Virus record (IMG/VR): IMGVR_UViG_3300034993_000144
Coordinates: 1-25,144 of that record
Reading direction: 5' to 3' (one strand)
From: a virus
Lineage: Duplodnaviria; Caudoviricetes
Length of the DNA: 25,144 bases
Positions 24,545-25,144 of the stretch are shown here, in pieces. How positions within the stretch are numbered: position 1 is the stretch's first letter; the number at the start of each line of letters is the position of its first letter. Below the pieces are notes generated by a model that was not told the DNA's origin, made no database searches, and saw nothing but the letters and a program-made list of their open reading frames with translations. The position numbers and the translations under genes are program-made.

Positions 24545-24781
24545 TCATTGGCGATCCGTTCCTTGCACATAAGACACGTCAGAATCGGTGTTGCTTTTGC
24601 TGGCATCGGGCGATTCTAGCACAACTTGCTCTTGCTCTTCTGCCATCTTCTTGAGCTCGACAAGGACGGCATGCAGCAACCGCGCCGCTACATCCTGCGT
24701 TCGCATCCTCGGACCCTCAGAGCGGGCCATCTCCATGAGTTGGTCGAGGTCGTCCATTGAAAGCGGAACATAGAGCTTCAT
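24545..24781 (-). CDS. Putative ribbon-helix-helix DNA-binding protein
   Basis: MKLYVPLS (strand), DDLDQLMEMARSE (helix), TQDVAARLLHAVL (helix); GAGGTGA RBS. Confidence 0.6.
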   Translation of the reverse strand: MKLYVPLSMDDLDQLMEMARSEGPRMRTQDVAARLLHAVLVELKKMAEEQEQVVLESPDASKSNTDSDVSYVQGTDRQ

Positions 24782-24880
24782 TGGGTCACCTCAAGTGGGG
24801 GCAGGGTGCGACCTTGACCATCACCCCCCAGCTTAAGCCAGAGGTCGCTGCCCTGATGCTGAGAGTGTATCATGTGCTCG

Positions 24881-25003
24881 ATGCTGTACCGTTGGCTCGA
24901 CGACCTGTCCTGGCGCTATGACGAGCGCTTTCCATTTCTCGCAAGCCGGATCGTCCGGTTGCTGATCTGGGTTGGCTATGACTTTCCCGATCATTCGTAT
25001 TGA
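24881..25003 (+). CDS. Small hypothetical protein, 40 aa, possibly leaderless
   Basis: MLYRWLDDLSWRYDERFPFLASRIVRLLIWVGYDFPDHSY; TATCAT 7 nt upstream. Confidence 0.35.
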   Translation: MLYRWLDDLSWRYDERFPFLASRIVRLLIWVGYDFPDHSY

Positions 25004-25144
25004 TAACGCGGCTTTTCATACGCAAATAACCACCGGTGGTTACTGGGTGGTTTTACTCCTGTGACTGAACAGACACGAGAGTGACAGGGAGTGTCACAGA
25101 CCTCTTGAAGTCTCCACAGTTTAGGTCTATACTCTGACACGAGC

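Noticed and set aside
1-25144. Alternative genetic code, tRNA genes, integrase/att sites or terminal repeats
   Set aside because: Core genes are intact in code 11 with all three stops used; no cloverleaf, recombinase motif or end-to-end repeat was seen by eye.

Overview
This window is most of a small siphovirus-type (HK97-fold, non-contractile tail) phage or prophage genome. The endolysin C-terminal repeat and a SWIM-finger protein suggest a Chloroflexota host. The + strand from 1 to 18285 is a tightly coupled late operon: small membrane proteins, amidase endolysin, TerS, TerL, a portal-MuF fusion, prohead protease, major capsid, connectors, tail tube, tail chaperones with a -1 frameshift, tape measure, tail tip and fibre. 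The - strand from 18282 to 22763 is an early block: small hypothetical proteins, a replication initiator with internal iterons, an HNH nuclease and an HTH protein. A divergent promoter and a few small genes follow. No integrase or CI-type repressor is visible. Three observations stand out. (1) Two reverse-oriented cassettes, each with its own predicted promoter, sit in the 3' ends of head genes; each supplies a synonymously recoded replacement C-terminus and leaves the old end stranded downstream. (2) One cassette encodes a Vsr/DUF559-type endonuclease; the other encodes what looks like a stand-alone HK97 capsid A-domain. (3) A recurring module of antisense promoter, ~60-75 nt RNA and hairpin lies opposite the leaders of the replication, nuclease and early genes. 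All calls come from reading motifs by eye; no database searches were run.
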